Part shown: positions 1 to 8,625 of the stretch, one piece after another
Layout of the letters: the number at the start of each line of letters is the position of its first letter
Position numbering within the stretch: position 1 is the first letter of the stretch
Program-made: the position numbers and the translations under genes
Notes under the pieces: model-generated
The model's database searches: none
Seen by the model: the letters and a program-made list of their open reading frames with translations, nothing else
What the model was told of the DNA's origin: nothing
Origin: Clostridiaceae bacterium
GTDB taxonomy: Bacteria > Bacillota > Clostridia > Saccharofermentanales > DTU023
DNA length: 32,545 nt
Reading direction: 5' to 3'
Assembly (NCBI GenBank): GCA_012728535.1
Contig: JAAYEX010000119.1
Coordinates: 1-32,545 of the forward strand

Positions 1-95
1 AATTGAATATCTAATAGGTTTGGGATATCGAGAATCTCGTCAATCTTAGAATAAGACACTCTCTGAACACGTCCATATTGAACGGACTTTGGCAT
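1..95 (-). CDS. rpoB: DNA-directed RNA polymerase subunit beta, N-terminal fragment (continues beyond the window start)
   Basis: Reverse-strand ATG at 95-93 lies 6 nt downstream of GAGGTGA (102-108). Translation MPKSVQYGRVQRVSYSKIDEILDIPNLLDIQ matches the conserved bacterial RpoB N-terminus (B. subtilis ..[29 protein letters not shown], from memory). Too short to appear in the ORF track. Confidence 0.7.
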   Translation of the reverse strand, partial: MPKSVQYGRVQRVSYSKIDEILDIPNLLDIQ

Positions 96-155
96 CAGTG
101 GTCACCTCACACGATTGTACCGGTCATCCCATAGAGAAACCGTCGCGGACCGGTC

Positions 156-183
156 TTGACGGCATCTCTCTACATGTTATAAT
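156..183 (+). promoter_or_regulatory. SigA/sigma70-type promoter facing murT: TTGACG, 16-nt spacer, TGtTATAAT
   Basis: -35 TTGACG at 156-161. Extended -10 TG at 175-176 and perfect TATAAT at 178-183. Predicts a roughly 140-nt leader before the murT ATG at 329. Confidence 0.45.
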
Positions 184-260
184 CGACCTATCACAGCGTC
201 TGTTTTCAGAGCGCTTGATTGCGCGACAAAAGCCGCACGGGTCTATTGACACATTTAATA

Positions 261-289
261 AGTTTATCCCATTACTGCGACTCCGTCAA
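261..289 (-). promoter_or_regulatory. Candidate promoter facing rpoB: TTGACG, 17-nt spacer, TAAACT
   Basis: Reverse strand has -35 TTGACG (289-284), a 17-nt spacer and -10 TAAACT (266-261). Motif match only. Confidence 0.3.
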
Positions 290-328
290 TTATTTTTACA
301 AGTTTGTATAGAAAGTAGTTAATCTGCG

Positions 329-1762
329 ATGAAGAACCGTAATTTACGTTTCTTAGTAACAATTTTGATTGTTCGTATGACAACTGCTTTCATGAAACTG
401 ATCGGATTAAAGGCAACACACTTCCCGGGCCAGTTGGCTAAACGTCTCTGTCCCGACTTCCTTTCCCGCATAGAAAAACCGGAAACAATCATCGGAATTA
501 CCGGCACTAACGGCAAGACCACCATATCGAATTTAGTAGCTGATATGGCTGATCATTTTGGGCTGGATTTTGCCCATAACGCCTATGGCAGCAATATTGA
601 AGAAGGCATTATCACCACCCTGATTGAAGCCGGAACATTTTTCGGTAAACAAAGAAAGAAACTCGCCTTTCTAGAAATAGATGAGCGCCTGACCCGGGTA
701 ATCTTTCCCGATATAAGCCCCGACTATCTCATAGTGAGCAATCTTTTTCGTGAATCCTATCTCAGAAATGCCCACGCTGAATTTATTTACGGTGTTTTAA
801 GGGAAAACATACCTGCCGGGACCAAGCTGATTCTGAACGCGGATGACATGTTATCTTACAATCTGGCTGAAGGACATGAAGCTGTAAGTTTTTCTATCGC
901 CAGACTGGCCGGCGAACCGCAATTTACCAGGAATTTAATACGCGATGTTGTCCTCTGCCCCAGCTGTCATCAGCCTCTGGAGGATGAATTCATCCGCTAT
1001 CATCACATAGGTCGTGCCCACTGCAACAATTGCTCCTGGCGAAACGGTCCGGCTGATTATGAGCTGACTTTCTTAAAGAAGCAGGATGCTCCTGAAAAAG
1101 AAATCAACGCCAATGAAATGGACGTAGCCGACGAACTGGCGGTTTCATCGCTGTGCTGGCAAACCGGCCCCGGAGAAGAGCTTTTCCCTTTTGCAGGAGA
1201 AAACATGCTGGATCTATACAATTCTCTGGCAGCAATTACTCTTTACTCAGAACTGGGATACACTCCTGAATCCATTGCAGGTGCGCTGGCCGGAGTCGCT
1301 ATCGGGAAATCCCGTAAGGAAATAGTGAAAATCGGACCTCACACTGTTTATCGCATGCTGGCCAAGGGCAAAAATCCGATCGCAGTGACACGTGTTCTGG
1401 ATGCCTTGATGAAGCGTCCGGGTGATAAGTATGTTGTTCTTCTGGTAGATACCAGCGTCAAGGAAATGAGTTCTGAAGACAATGTAGCCTGGATCTTTGA
1501 TGCTGACCTTGATTTGCTGGCAGCTGACGAAGTGAAGCAGATAGTCGTAGCCGGCATGCGGTCTGAAGATATCCGCCTGGCCTTGCTTTTTGCCGGAGTA
1601 GCCGACGAAAAAATCGTCAGCTGCCGTGATAAGGAAAAAAGTGCGGACTTGCTCCGGACCGGGGAAAAAGAAGCGACAATAGCTATTCTCTACGAGCTGT
1701 ACTCAGAAAGCATCTCGCGAAAGCTTGTGAAAAAGCTGCAGCAACGATGGGATGGTAAATAA
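329..1762 (+). CDS. murT: Mur ligase family protein with DUF1727-type C-terminal domain, MurT-like (lipid II isoglutaminyl synthase ligase subunit)
   Basis: P-loop GITGTNGKTT. Four-Cys ribbon CPSCH..17 residues..CNNC, as in S. aureus MurT (CPNCG..CQCG). C-terminal NPIAVTRVL...DNVAWIFDADLD resembles MurT NPAGMNASL...DTSWIYDADFE. Followed 3 nt later by a GatD-like gene. Confidence 0.85.
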   Translation: MKNRNLRFLVTILIVRMTTAFMKLIGLKATHFPGQLAKRLCPDFLSRIEKPETIIGITGTNGKTTISNLVADMADHFGLDFAHNAYGSNIEEGIITTLIEAGTFFGKQRKKLAFLEIDERLTRVIFPDISPDYLIVSNLFRESYLRNAHAEFIYGVLRENIPAGTKLILNADDMLSYNLAEGHEAVSFSIARLAGEPQFTRNLIRDVVLCPSCHQPLEDEFIRYHHIGRAHCNNCSWRNGPADYELTFLKKQDAPEKEINANEMDVADELAVSSLCWQTGPGEELFPFAGENMLDLYNSLAAITLYSELGYTPESIAGALAGVAIGKSRKEIVKIGPHTVYRMLAKGKNPIAVTRVLDALMKRPGDKYVVLLVDTSVKEMSSEDNVAWIFDADLDLLAADEVKQIVVAGMRSEDIRLALLFAGVADEKIVSCRDKEKSADLLRTGEKEATIAILYELYSESISRKLVKKLQQRWDGK

Positions 1763-1765
1763 GAC

Positions 1766-2482
1766 ATGCGTATTGAAATCATCTATCCGGAAATTGCCAA
1801 CCTTCTGGGCGAACATGGCAGCCAGCAACTGCTGCAAAGAACATTTGCAGATGAGGAAATAATCTGCACGAAATTTCCTGACCTGCCTCAATTTTTCACA
1901 AGTAAGATTGACTTCATTTATATGGGAGCGATGACTGAAAGTACCCAGGCCCTGGTTTTGGATCTCTGGAGGCCCTATGCCGGAGACTTCAGACAAAAGA
2001 TTGACAACGGACTGGTCGGCTTTTTTGCAGGTAATGCCCTGGACCTGCTGGGGAGAAATATTGTTTATGAAGAGGCGGATACGATTCAAGCCCTGGGTCT
2101 TTATCCCTTTGACACTCTCTGCAAGCGCTTCGACCGCAAGAACGAGATCGTCCGGGGTAAGTTCCATGAGTTTGAGGTCATGGGCTACCGTTCGCAGTTT
2201 ACCACTCACACAGGTGACAGTTCTGCCTTTCCCTTTATTGAAGTCATAAATGGCAGCGGTATGAATCCGGCGGTGAAAACCGAAGGTGTCGCAGACAGAA
2301 ACTTTTTTGCCACAAGTCTGAACGGGCCTTTTTTGATACTCAATCCCGAATTCACGAAATGGCTGTTCGGCCTTTTCGGCTACAGGGGAGAGCTGCCTTT
2401 TGAGGCAGATCTGCTGGCTGCTGCCGACCTGCGTCGTGAGGATCTCAGCCGCCGTTTTGATAAGAAAAAAGCTCGGAAATAA
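1766..2482 (+). CDS. gatD: GatD/CobQ-type glutamine amidotransferase-like protein, MurT partner, with a degenerate catalytic site
   Basis: Near-gapless alignment by eye to S. aureus GatD, e.g. EGVADRNFFATSLNGPFLILNPEFT against [25 protein letters not shown]. The nucleophile segment is GFFAGNALDLLG against GLTICGGYQFLG. Size (238 aa) and position after murT fit. Confidence 0.75.
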   Translation: MRIEIIYPEIANLLGEHGSQQLLQRTFADEEIICTKFPDLPQFFTSKIDFIYMGAMTESTQALVLDLWRPYAGDFRQKIDNGLVGFFAGNALDLLGRNIVYEEADTIQALGLYPFDTLCKRFDRKNEIVRGKFHEFEVMGYRSQFTTHTGDSSAFPFIEVINGSGMNPAVKTEGVADRNFFATSLNGPFLILNPEFTKWLFGLFGYRGELPFEADLLAAADLRREDLSRRFDKKKARK

Positions 2483-2500
2483 ATTTGTTTTTGCTCATGC

Positions 2501-2537
2501 AAAAGGCCGGTATCGCTCTGATCCCGGCCTTTTAAAA
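2501..2537. terminator. Bidirectional rho-independent terminator between convergent genes
   Basis: AAAAGGCCGG-tatcgctctgat-CCCGGCCTTTTAAAA: GC-rich stem flanked by an A-run upstream and a T-run downstream. Confidence 0.6.
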
Positions 2538-2563
2538 CTAAATCAATAAATTCGGAGCTTTAT

Positions 2564-4213
2564 TTAATCGTCGCTTGGAGTAGTTGCAACTGCTGCGGGG
2601 TCTCCGGCAAAGAGTGACTTGAAGAATGCTTTTCTACCGACAAAACCCATACCAAAACTATGGCGTTCAAATTCAACACCATCAATCAGGCTTTGTGACA
2701 GATTATTGATCTTTTCCGTTTTGGCCAAAGCTTCTACACGATGGTCGATACTCTTAACATCACCTAAACCGACAAAATACATGATGTGGTAGCCATAATC
2801 GGTTTCAACGATTCCGGTATCTCCGGTCTTGCGTGACTCATCCAGGCTCCAGTCCTGGAAAGCTTCAACCATCATGCCGTAAGGTACATTTTCATATAAG
2901 CCGCCGTTATCAATGCTACCCGTGTCACTGGTGTATGTCTCAGCCAATTCGGCGAAAGCTTCTTCCGTTTTGGCACCGGCTTCAAATTCTGCCAGGATTT
3001 CTTCAGCTCGGGCCTTGATTTGATCGTTGGAAACAGGATCACCATCTGATCCGGTAACGGCTGAGGCGTCAACCAGGATGTGGCGTACGCTATAAACATA
3101 AACATCTTCAAAGTCGGCGCTGTGAAAAACCAGGGCGGTAACGGTTTTTGTGCTCTCTATCACTGTGGTGTCACCGGCTTCACGCTCTTCATCGGTCAGC
3201 CAGCTCTTTTGGTTGCTGGTGAGACGGCTCCCCTGCATCAGATAATCCAGATCTTCCGGCTGGTCCTTGAGTTTGTCAAGTTTGTCCTCATCAGTTTCAA
3301 ATTCAGCCATAGCTTCAGCGAAACTCATTTCGCCTTTTTCATAGAGCTCGAGTGCGGCGGCGGCGTCTTCAGATAATTCCTGCAAAGCTGCTTCCAGCTC
3401 ATCTTCAGCCAGCTCTTCCTCATCGTCAGTTGCCGGCAAGGAGAAGGTATAGGAAGAATATGAGTATATTTTGAGGTCAGCAGCATTCTCTTCCTTGTAC
3501 TCTTCAATCTCAGCTGCAGTAACCTCAGTCGTGTCTGCCAGATGCTGGTTATATTCCTGTAACATCAAAGATTGGCGCACAAACTTCATATAATGTGAAG
3601 AAGACACGCCCGGACCGAAATATGATTCCAGCAGCCTACCGACTCCGACGCCTTGACTCTGGGCACCCTGTGCCATATCCACTTCAAAATCTCTGACTGT
3701 TTTATCAATTTCTGCCAGTTTCTCGTCAGATAAGACGAAGCTGTCATCATTATTCATGGCCAAAACCATGGCATAGGTCGGAGCCATCTGTTCCAGGGTT
3801 AAGTCGATCAGATCATCCCTCAAGGTGCGGTCTCCTGATGTAGTACGTTCAAGCATTTCCTGCATCTCATCGGTAAAGGCATAACCCAGCTGTGCCTGCA
3901 TACTGATGTTACCTAACTCAACGTTCAGATCAGCAGGACTCATGGTCATGCTGGCTCCCGTAACTTCAGAGTTTCTGATCGTAATTGCTGTCAGGCTTTT
4001 TTGCAAAACACCAAAACGGGCGACCGCCCATACAGCAGCAACAAGAATCAGGGCTACGACAATGACGATGGAGGCAATACGTCCGACAATGCTCTTGGAG
4101 CTGATCTTCTTCTTTCTGCCGTCGCTGTCCTTTAGATTTGCCAGGCGCTGCTTGCGCTCAGCACGATCTATTTCAGCCTTCCATTCGCTTTGCTCATTTG
4201 TTTTCTTGGCCAT
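2564..4213 (-). CDS. Membrane-anchored peptidylprolyl isomerase (parvulin/PpiC domain, PrsA/SurA-like)
   Basis: Basic N-terminus followed by a TM segment (IVGRIASIVIVVALILVAAVWAV). C-terminal parvulin signature SVRHILV...GGLYENVPYGMMVEAFQDW...TDYGYHIMYF. SD AGGAAGGT upstream of the ATG. Confidence 0.8.
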   Translation of the reverse strand: MAKKTNEQSEWKAEIDRAERKQRLANLKDSDGRKKKISSKSIVGRIASIVIVVALILVAAVWAVARFGVLQKSLTAITIRNSEVTGASMTMSPADLNVELGNISMQAQLGYAFTDEMQEMLERTTSGDRTLRDDLIDLTLEQMAPTYAMVLAMNNDDSFVLSDEKLAEIDKTVRDFEVDMAQGAQSQGVGVGRLLESYFGPGVSSSHYMKFVRQSLMLQEYNQHLADTTEVTAAEIEEYKEENAADLKIYSYSSYTFSLPATDDEEELAEDELEAALQELSEDAAAALELYEKGEMSFAEAMAEFETDEDKLDKLKDQPEDLDYLMQGSRLTSNQKSWLTDEEREAGDTTVIESTKTVTALVFHSADFEDVYVYSVRHILVDASAVTGSDGDPVSNDQIKARAEEILAEFEAGAKTEEAFAELAETYTSDTGSIDNGGLYENVPYGMMVEAFQDWSLDESRKTGDTGIVETDYGYHIMYFVGLGDVKSIDHRVEALAKTEKINNLSQSLIDGVEFERHSFGMGFVGRKAFFKSLFAGDPAAVATTPSDD

Positions 4214-4325
4214 AAAGTTACCTTCCTATATAAAAAAACTCACTCAGACACCGGTCAAAGTGACCTGCTTTTAAGCTACAAACAAGAGTGTACCACAAAT
4301 GTGATAAAAATCGATCAAAACATGG

Positions 4326-4985
4326 TCAAATCAGTGACAATGATCGGGGAAGGTCCATGGCCTCTTCAATCCAGAGATCAGGCTCCAAAGCCCTCAGCTC
4401 TTCCTTGTCCATACTGGTCCAGTCGACAACCGCGCTGCGGCAACCTGCTGCATGGGCGCTTTTTACATCGTGCACACTGTCGCCGACATACAAAATCCGG
4501 GACATATCACTTATTGACATGCGTTCTGCCGCCGCCAGCAAAGGTTCCGGCCCGGGCTTATGTCCTGTGGAATCCTCCTGTGAGAGGAGAATTTCAAAAT
4601 AATCTGCTAAGCCGTGCACCCGCATACAGTCTTCCAATCCTTCACGGAAGCGCGAGGTTACAAGGCCAAGTCGGAAGTTCATCCGCTTGAGCTCTTCCAA
4701 CATGGCTACTACACCTACATATATGCCGGTATGTGTATCAGTCTTGCCTTCACACCAGATCCGATATGTGTCTACCATCTTCAGCGGATCTTCCATGCCG
4801 GGATAGGCTTCCTGCAATGGTTTACCGATTTGTGAAAGGATCATCTCCCGTGGGGGGACAGATCCGGTATATTCTTTCCAGGTATGTTCGTGTCCTGCTA
4901 CTATAAGTCCTATTGAATCAACCAGGGTGCCATCCATATCGAAGAGCACAGCTTCAACTTCAATTTTCTTCATCTTTTCCGTCAT
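4326..4985 (-). CDS. HAD-superfamily hydrolase (phosphoglycolate phosphatase/PpaX-like)
   Basis: Motif I VLFDMDGTLVDS, motif II LVTS, motif IV YVGDSVHD. Start moved to the ATG at 4985 (GGAGA 5 nt upstream); 4997 and 4973 are alternatives. Confidence 0.8.
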   Translation of the reverse strand: MTEKMKKIEVEAVLFDMDGTLVDSIGLIVAGHEHTWKEYTGSVPPREMILSQIGKPLQEAYPGMEDPLKMVDTYRIWCEGKTDTHTGIYVGVVAMLEELKRMNFRLGLVTSRFREGLEDCMRVHGLADYFEILLSQEDSTGHKPGPEPLLAAAERMSISDMSRILYVGDSVHDVKSAHAAGCRSAVVDWTSMDKEELRALEPDLWIEEAMDLPRSLSLI

Positions 4986-6348
4986 TAATATCTCCATCGG
5001 TTTCTATGGTTAAACGCAGCTGTTCGATACGATTGTCAGCCACGGATAATACCGTAAATCTCAAATTCTTGTAGACTACGTCTACCTTTTCATCCTCTTC
5101 CGGAATACGGTCCAGAAGGTCGATAACAAATCCTGAAACAGTATCATAAGCGTCATCCGGAAGTTCCAGTCCGAGTTCTTCCGACAAAGTCTCCAGAGGG
5201 CAGGAGCCGGAAATGAGCCAACTGTTGTTGCTTTGTTCCTGCAAGAGCCGCTCTTCTTCATCGTACTCGTCTTCTATATCGCCGAGAATCTCTTCGATCA
5301 GGTCTTCCATGGTGACTATTCCTGCGGTACCGCCATACTCATCAATTACTATGGCCAGCTGGACGTGTTGTCCCTGCATCTCAAAAAATAAGTCCCGGAC
5401 TACCCGTGTTTCAGGAGTGAATATCGGCTGCCTCATTTCAGCTGCCAGTGAAAAGTCACGCTTGAGCTCTTCGTCGCCCAATAAAGGCAATAAATCTTTC
5501 ACATGCAGGACACCGACAATCTTGTCGATAGTATCCTCATAAATCGGAACCCGGGTATATTTTTCTTCCTTAATCACCTCCAGAGTTTCCTCAAAGGAAG
5601 CGTCCAGCGGCAGGGCCACAATATCTGTCCGGTGTGTCATAACGTCGACTGCGCAGATATCATCAAAACGGAAGATATTACGGATCAGTTCATGATCCTT
5701 TGCTTCTTCATCCCATGAGCTTTCATCTGAATCGAGCATCTTGAAATACTCTTCAACCTGCATTATTGCATTATCATCTTCCGATTTTCCGGTAAAAAGT
5801 CTTGATAAAAACTCAACCAGTAGGTTGATCAGACGTTCCAGCGGACGCAGGACAAGCAGTAAAGGCTTGAAAAAGATCAGGCTGAATCGCAGAAAACCGA
5901 TTCTTGCCTTAGAATCATTGTCGCTTCGCCGCACCAGACGGGCCGGCAAATTTTCGCCCAGAAGAGCATAGAGGAAGAAGGCGACAAGGCTGTAGCCGAT
6001 GTAAATAAGAGCATACAGCCAGCCCTCCAAAGCTGAAGGCATCAGGAATAGCGGTGCAAAAAAGCCCATTGTCCATACAAAATATAAAAAGACAAACAAT
6101 ATTCGCAGAAGATGCAGCTCGCGCAGTAAAATCTCCATTGAGTCGTTCCTGCAAATTTTCTGCAAAGATTTGGGCAAGTCGGTTTCCTGATCGGAAGACT
6201 GTCTGAAAGCTGAGCTGCGGTTGAACTCGAGCAAGGCCATATCATACGCCTTTGATATGGCACTCATGAGCAATAATAAGATGGTCAGAAGTGATGCACC
6301 TAAGCTGTTGAAGCTACTCAAGACCGCGCTCGCAGGGTGAGGGTCCAT
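4960..6348 (-). CDS. Hemolysin-family/CNNM protein (DUF21 TM domain, CBS pair, CorC_HlyC domain)
   Basis: N-terminal multi-TM region, a CBS pair (VMTHRTDIVAL...KYTRVPIYEDTIDKIVGVLHVKDLL) and a C-terminal transporter-associated domain (SWLISGSCPLETL..DTVSGFV). Overlaps the downstream HAD gene. Confidence 0.85.
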   Translation of the reverse strand: MDPHPASAVLSSFNSLGASLLTILLLLMSAISKAYDMALLEFNRSSAFRQSSDQETDLPKSLQKICRNDSMEILLRELHLLRILFVFLYFVWTMGFFAPLFLMPSALEGWLYALIYIGYSLVAFFLYALLGENLPARLVRRSDNDSKARIGFLRFSLIFFKPLLLVLRPLERLINLLVEFLSRLFTGKSEDDNAIMQVEEYFKMLDSDESSWDEEAKDHELIRNIFRFDDICAVDVMTHRTDIVALPLDASFEETLEVIKEEKYTRVPIYEDTIDKIVGVLHVKDLLPLLGDEELKRDFSLAAEMRQPIFTPETRVVRDLFFEMQGQHVQLAIVIDEYGGTAGIVTMEDLIEEILGDIEDEYDEEERLLQEQSNNSWLISGSCPLETLSEELGLELPDDAYDTVSGFVIDLLDRIPEEDEKVDVVYKNLRFTVLSVADNRIEQLRLTIETDGDINDGKDEEN

Positions 6349-6395
6349 TATCGTTTTCTCCCGGGTGTAGGTAGAGCTCAGAGCTCAATACTGTA

Positions 6396-6430
6396 AGGAG
6401 CGCGGACCGGACCTGCCGGTATGCGCTCCT
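6396..6430 (-). terminator. Stem-loop downstream of the EF-G paralogue (weak U-tract)
   Basis: AGGAGCGC...GCGCTCCT, an 8-bp GC-rich stem. On the minus strand it is followed by TTACAGTATTG. Confidence 0.4.
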
Positions 6431-6469
6431 CTTGAGTATAGCAAAATAAGCAATATTAATTACTCGGTT

Positions 6470-8542
6470 TTATTCTTCTTCGCTGGCTGCCGCAACTATC
6501 TTTTCAGAGATATTCTGCGGAACCGGTTCGTAACGGGCCATTTCTCTGGTGAAATAACCGCGACCCTGGGTCATGGACTTAAGGTCTGTAGCATATTTAG
6601 CGATTTCTGCTGCCGGAACTTCTGCCTCAACTACCTGGAAACCGGGGACAGTATCGGGATTAATACCGAGAATGCTGCCACGACGTTTGCTCAGGTCGCC
6701 CATAATATCACCCAGGAAATCATCCGGGATATGGACTGACAGGGAGTAGATGGGCTCAAGAAGGATCGGTTTTGCCTGAGGCATACCATTGCGGTAGGCC
6801 AGACGTGCTGCCAGTTTAAAGGACATTTCGTTTGAGTCGACGTCATGGTAGGAACCATCTACCAGAGTAGCTCTCAGATTCACTACCGGATAACCGGCCA
6901 GAGGTCCTTCGTCGATCGCTTCACGCAGACCCTTTTCAACAGCCGGGAAATAGTTCTTCGGAACTGAACCGCCGAAAATCTTTTCCTGGAAATCAAGATC
7001 CAAATCATCACCGGGTTCAAACTCAATCCACACATCACCAAACTGTCCATGTCCACCGGTTTGCTTCTTATGGCGGCCCTGAACTTTGACCTTCTGGGTG
7101 ATTGTCTCACGATAAGCTACGCGAGGCTCTGTCAGACGGGCTTCAACGCCGAACTTTCCTTTAAGCTTGGCTGTCAGCACATCGAGCTGAACTTCGCCCA
7201 TTCCGGAAAGCAGGAATTGATGGGTCTCGGGATTGTTCTCTATCTCAAAAACGATATCTTCGTCTTTCAGCCTGACCAGGCCCTGCATGATCTTGTCATC
7301 TTCGCCCTCGTTTACGGCTGATATAGCTAAAGTCAGACTCGGAGTCGGCATTTCCGGCGCTTCGATCTTCAAAGGATTATCGCGGTCTGTGAGTGTATCC
7401 AAAGTGCTGGTGTCATTCAATTTTGTTGTGGCTCCGATGTCACCGGCAATTACAGTATCAACCGAGATCTGCTTTTTACCGCACATGCTGTAAAGACCGT
7501 TGATGCGTTCATCAGTTTCCTTATTGACGTTATAGACTGAACCGGAATCTTTAAAGACACCGGAATATACACGGAAAAGGGAGATTTTACCGACAAAGGG
7601 GTCGACTATTGTTTTGAAAACCAGGGCTGCCAGAGGACCGTCCTGATCGGTCTTGATCTGGAAGCTCTCGCCACTGCGGTTGACCGCTGTCATGGCGTGT
7701 CCGTCTTCAGGTGTGGGGAAGAAACGAATCATCAGGTCCAAGATGTGGGAAACGCCCCAATTGGCATTGGCGGATCCGGCGAAAACAGGATAGAGGGAGG
7801 CTTGTGAAATCGCTTGACGCAAACCGCGCTCTTCTTCTGCAGGAGTGAAGGCTTCACCTTCGAAATATTTCTCCATCAGCTCTTCGTCGCTTTCAGCGAT
7901 CTGTTCGACCAGCTGCTCATGATAGTTCTCAGCTAATTCCTGAAGATCTGAAGACATTTCGGTCGGCTTCATTTCACCTTTATTGCCGGTGAAGCTGTAA
8001 GCCTTCATTGAAACAACATCAACCAATCCGGTCATTGTTTCGCCATCCATGATAGGAAGGGTCATGGGGATTACGAGATGGCCATAGGCTTCTCTCAAGG
8101 CTTCAAGCGTAGCTTCGAAATCTGAGTTGGGCTCATCCATACGGTTGATGAAAAAAGAGATGGGCATCTTCTCATCACCGGCTATACGTACTGCTTTTTC
8201 CACACCGACAGCAACACCGTCTTTGGCTGACATCACGATCAGTACTGCATCGCCCACATCCATACCCAGCATTTGTTCTCCAAGGAAATCAAAGTCACCG
8301 GGTGTATCGATCAGATTTATTTTATTCTTTTTCCACTCAAAGGCAGCCAGGCTGGTGTTGATGGAAATACCGCGACGGATCTCTTCAGCGTCAAAGTCAC
8401 TAACCGTATTGCCTTCGTTGCTCTTCCCCAGACGGTTGACGACTCCTGCGTTAAATAATGCGGCTTCGACAAAAGCGGTTTTGCCGGCGCCGCCATGCCC
8501 CATGACGGTAATATTACGTATATTCTCTCTTGTGAATTTCAT
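6470..8542 (-). CDS. fusA: Elongation factor G paralogue (EF-G-II-like translational GTPase)
   Basis: Full five-domain EF-G layout. G1 GHGGAGKT, G3 DTPGDFDF, G4 NRMD. Domain IV block HKKQTGGHGQFGDVWIEFEP, then domain V. Confidence 0.85.
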   Translation of the reverse strand: MKFTRENIRNITVMGHGGAGKTAFVEAALFNAGVVNRLGKSNEGNTVSDFDAEEIRRGISINTSLAAFEWKKNKINLIDTPGDFDFLGEQMLGMDVGDAVLIVMSAKDGVAVGVEKAVRIAGDEKMPISFFINRMDEPNSDFEATLEALREAYGHLVIPMTLPIMDGETMTGLVDVVSMKAYSFTGNKGEMKPTEMSSDLQELAENYHEQLVEQIAESDEELMEKYFEGEAFTPAEEERGLRQAISQASLYPVFAGSANANWGVSHILDLMIRFFPTPEDGHAMTAVNRSGESFQIKTDQDGPLAALVFKTIVDPFVGKISLFRVYSGVFKDSGSVYNVNKETDERINGLYSMCGKKQISVDTVIAGDIGATTKLNDTSTLDTLTDRDNPLKIEAPEMPTPSLTLAISAVNEGEDDKIMQGLVRLKDEDIVFEIENNPETHQFLLSGMGEVQLDVLTAKLKGKFGVEARLTEPRVAYRETITQKVKVQGRHKKQTGGHGQFGDVWIEFEPGDDLDLDFQEKIFGGSVPKNYFPAVEKGLREAIDEGPLAGYPVVNLRATLVDGSYHDVDSNEMSFKLAARLAYRNGMPQAKPILLEPIYSLSVHIPDDFLGDIMGDLSKRRGSILGINPDTVPGFQVVEAEVPAAEIAKYATDLKSMTQGRGYFTREMARYEPVPQNISEKIVAAASEEE

Positions 8543-8576
8543 TAAAAATCTCCCTTGAATTTATTGTTTCTCAGCT

Positions 8577-8605
8577 ATTATACAATGACTGTCCCTGACT
8601 GACAA
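8577..8605 (-). promoter_or_regulatory. SigA-type promoter for the EF-G paralogue: TTGTCA, 17-nt spacer, TATAAT
   Basis: Reverse strand has -35 TTGTCA (8605-8600), a 17-nt spacer and perfect -10 TATAAT (8582-8577). It lies about 35 nt upstream of the ATG at 8542. Confidence 0.5.
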
Positions 8606-8625
8606 GAAGACTCAGCGCCCACAGC

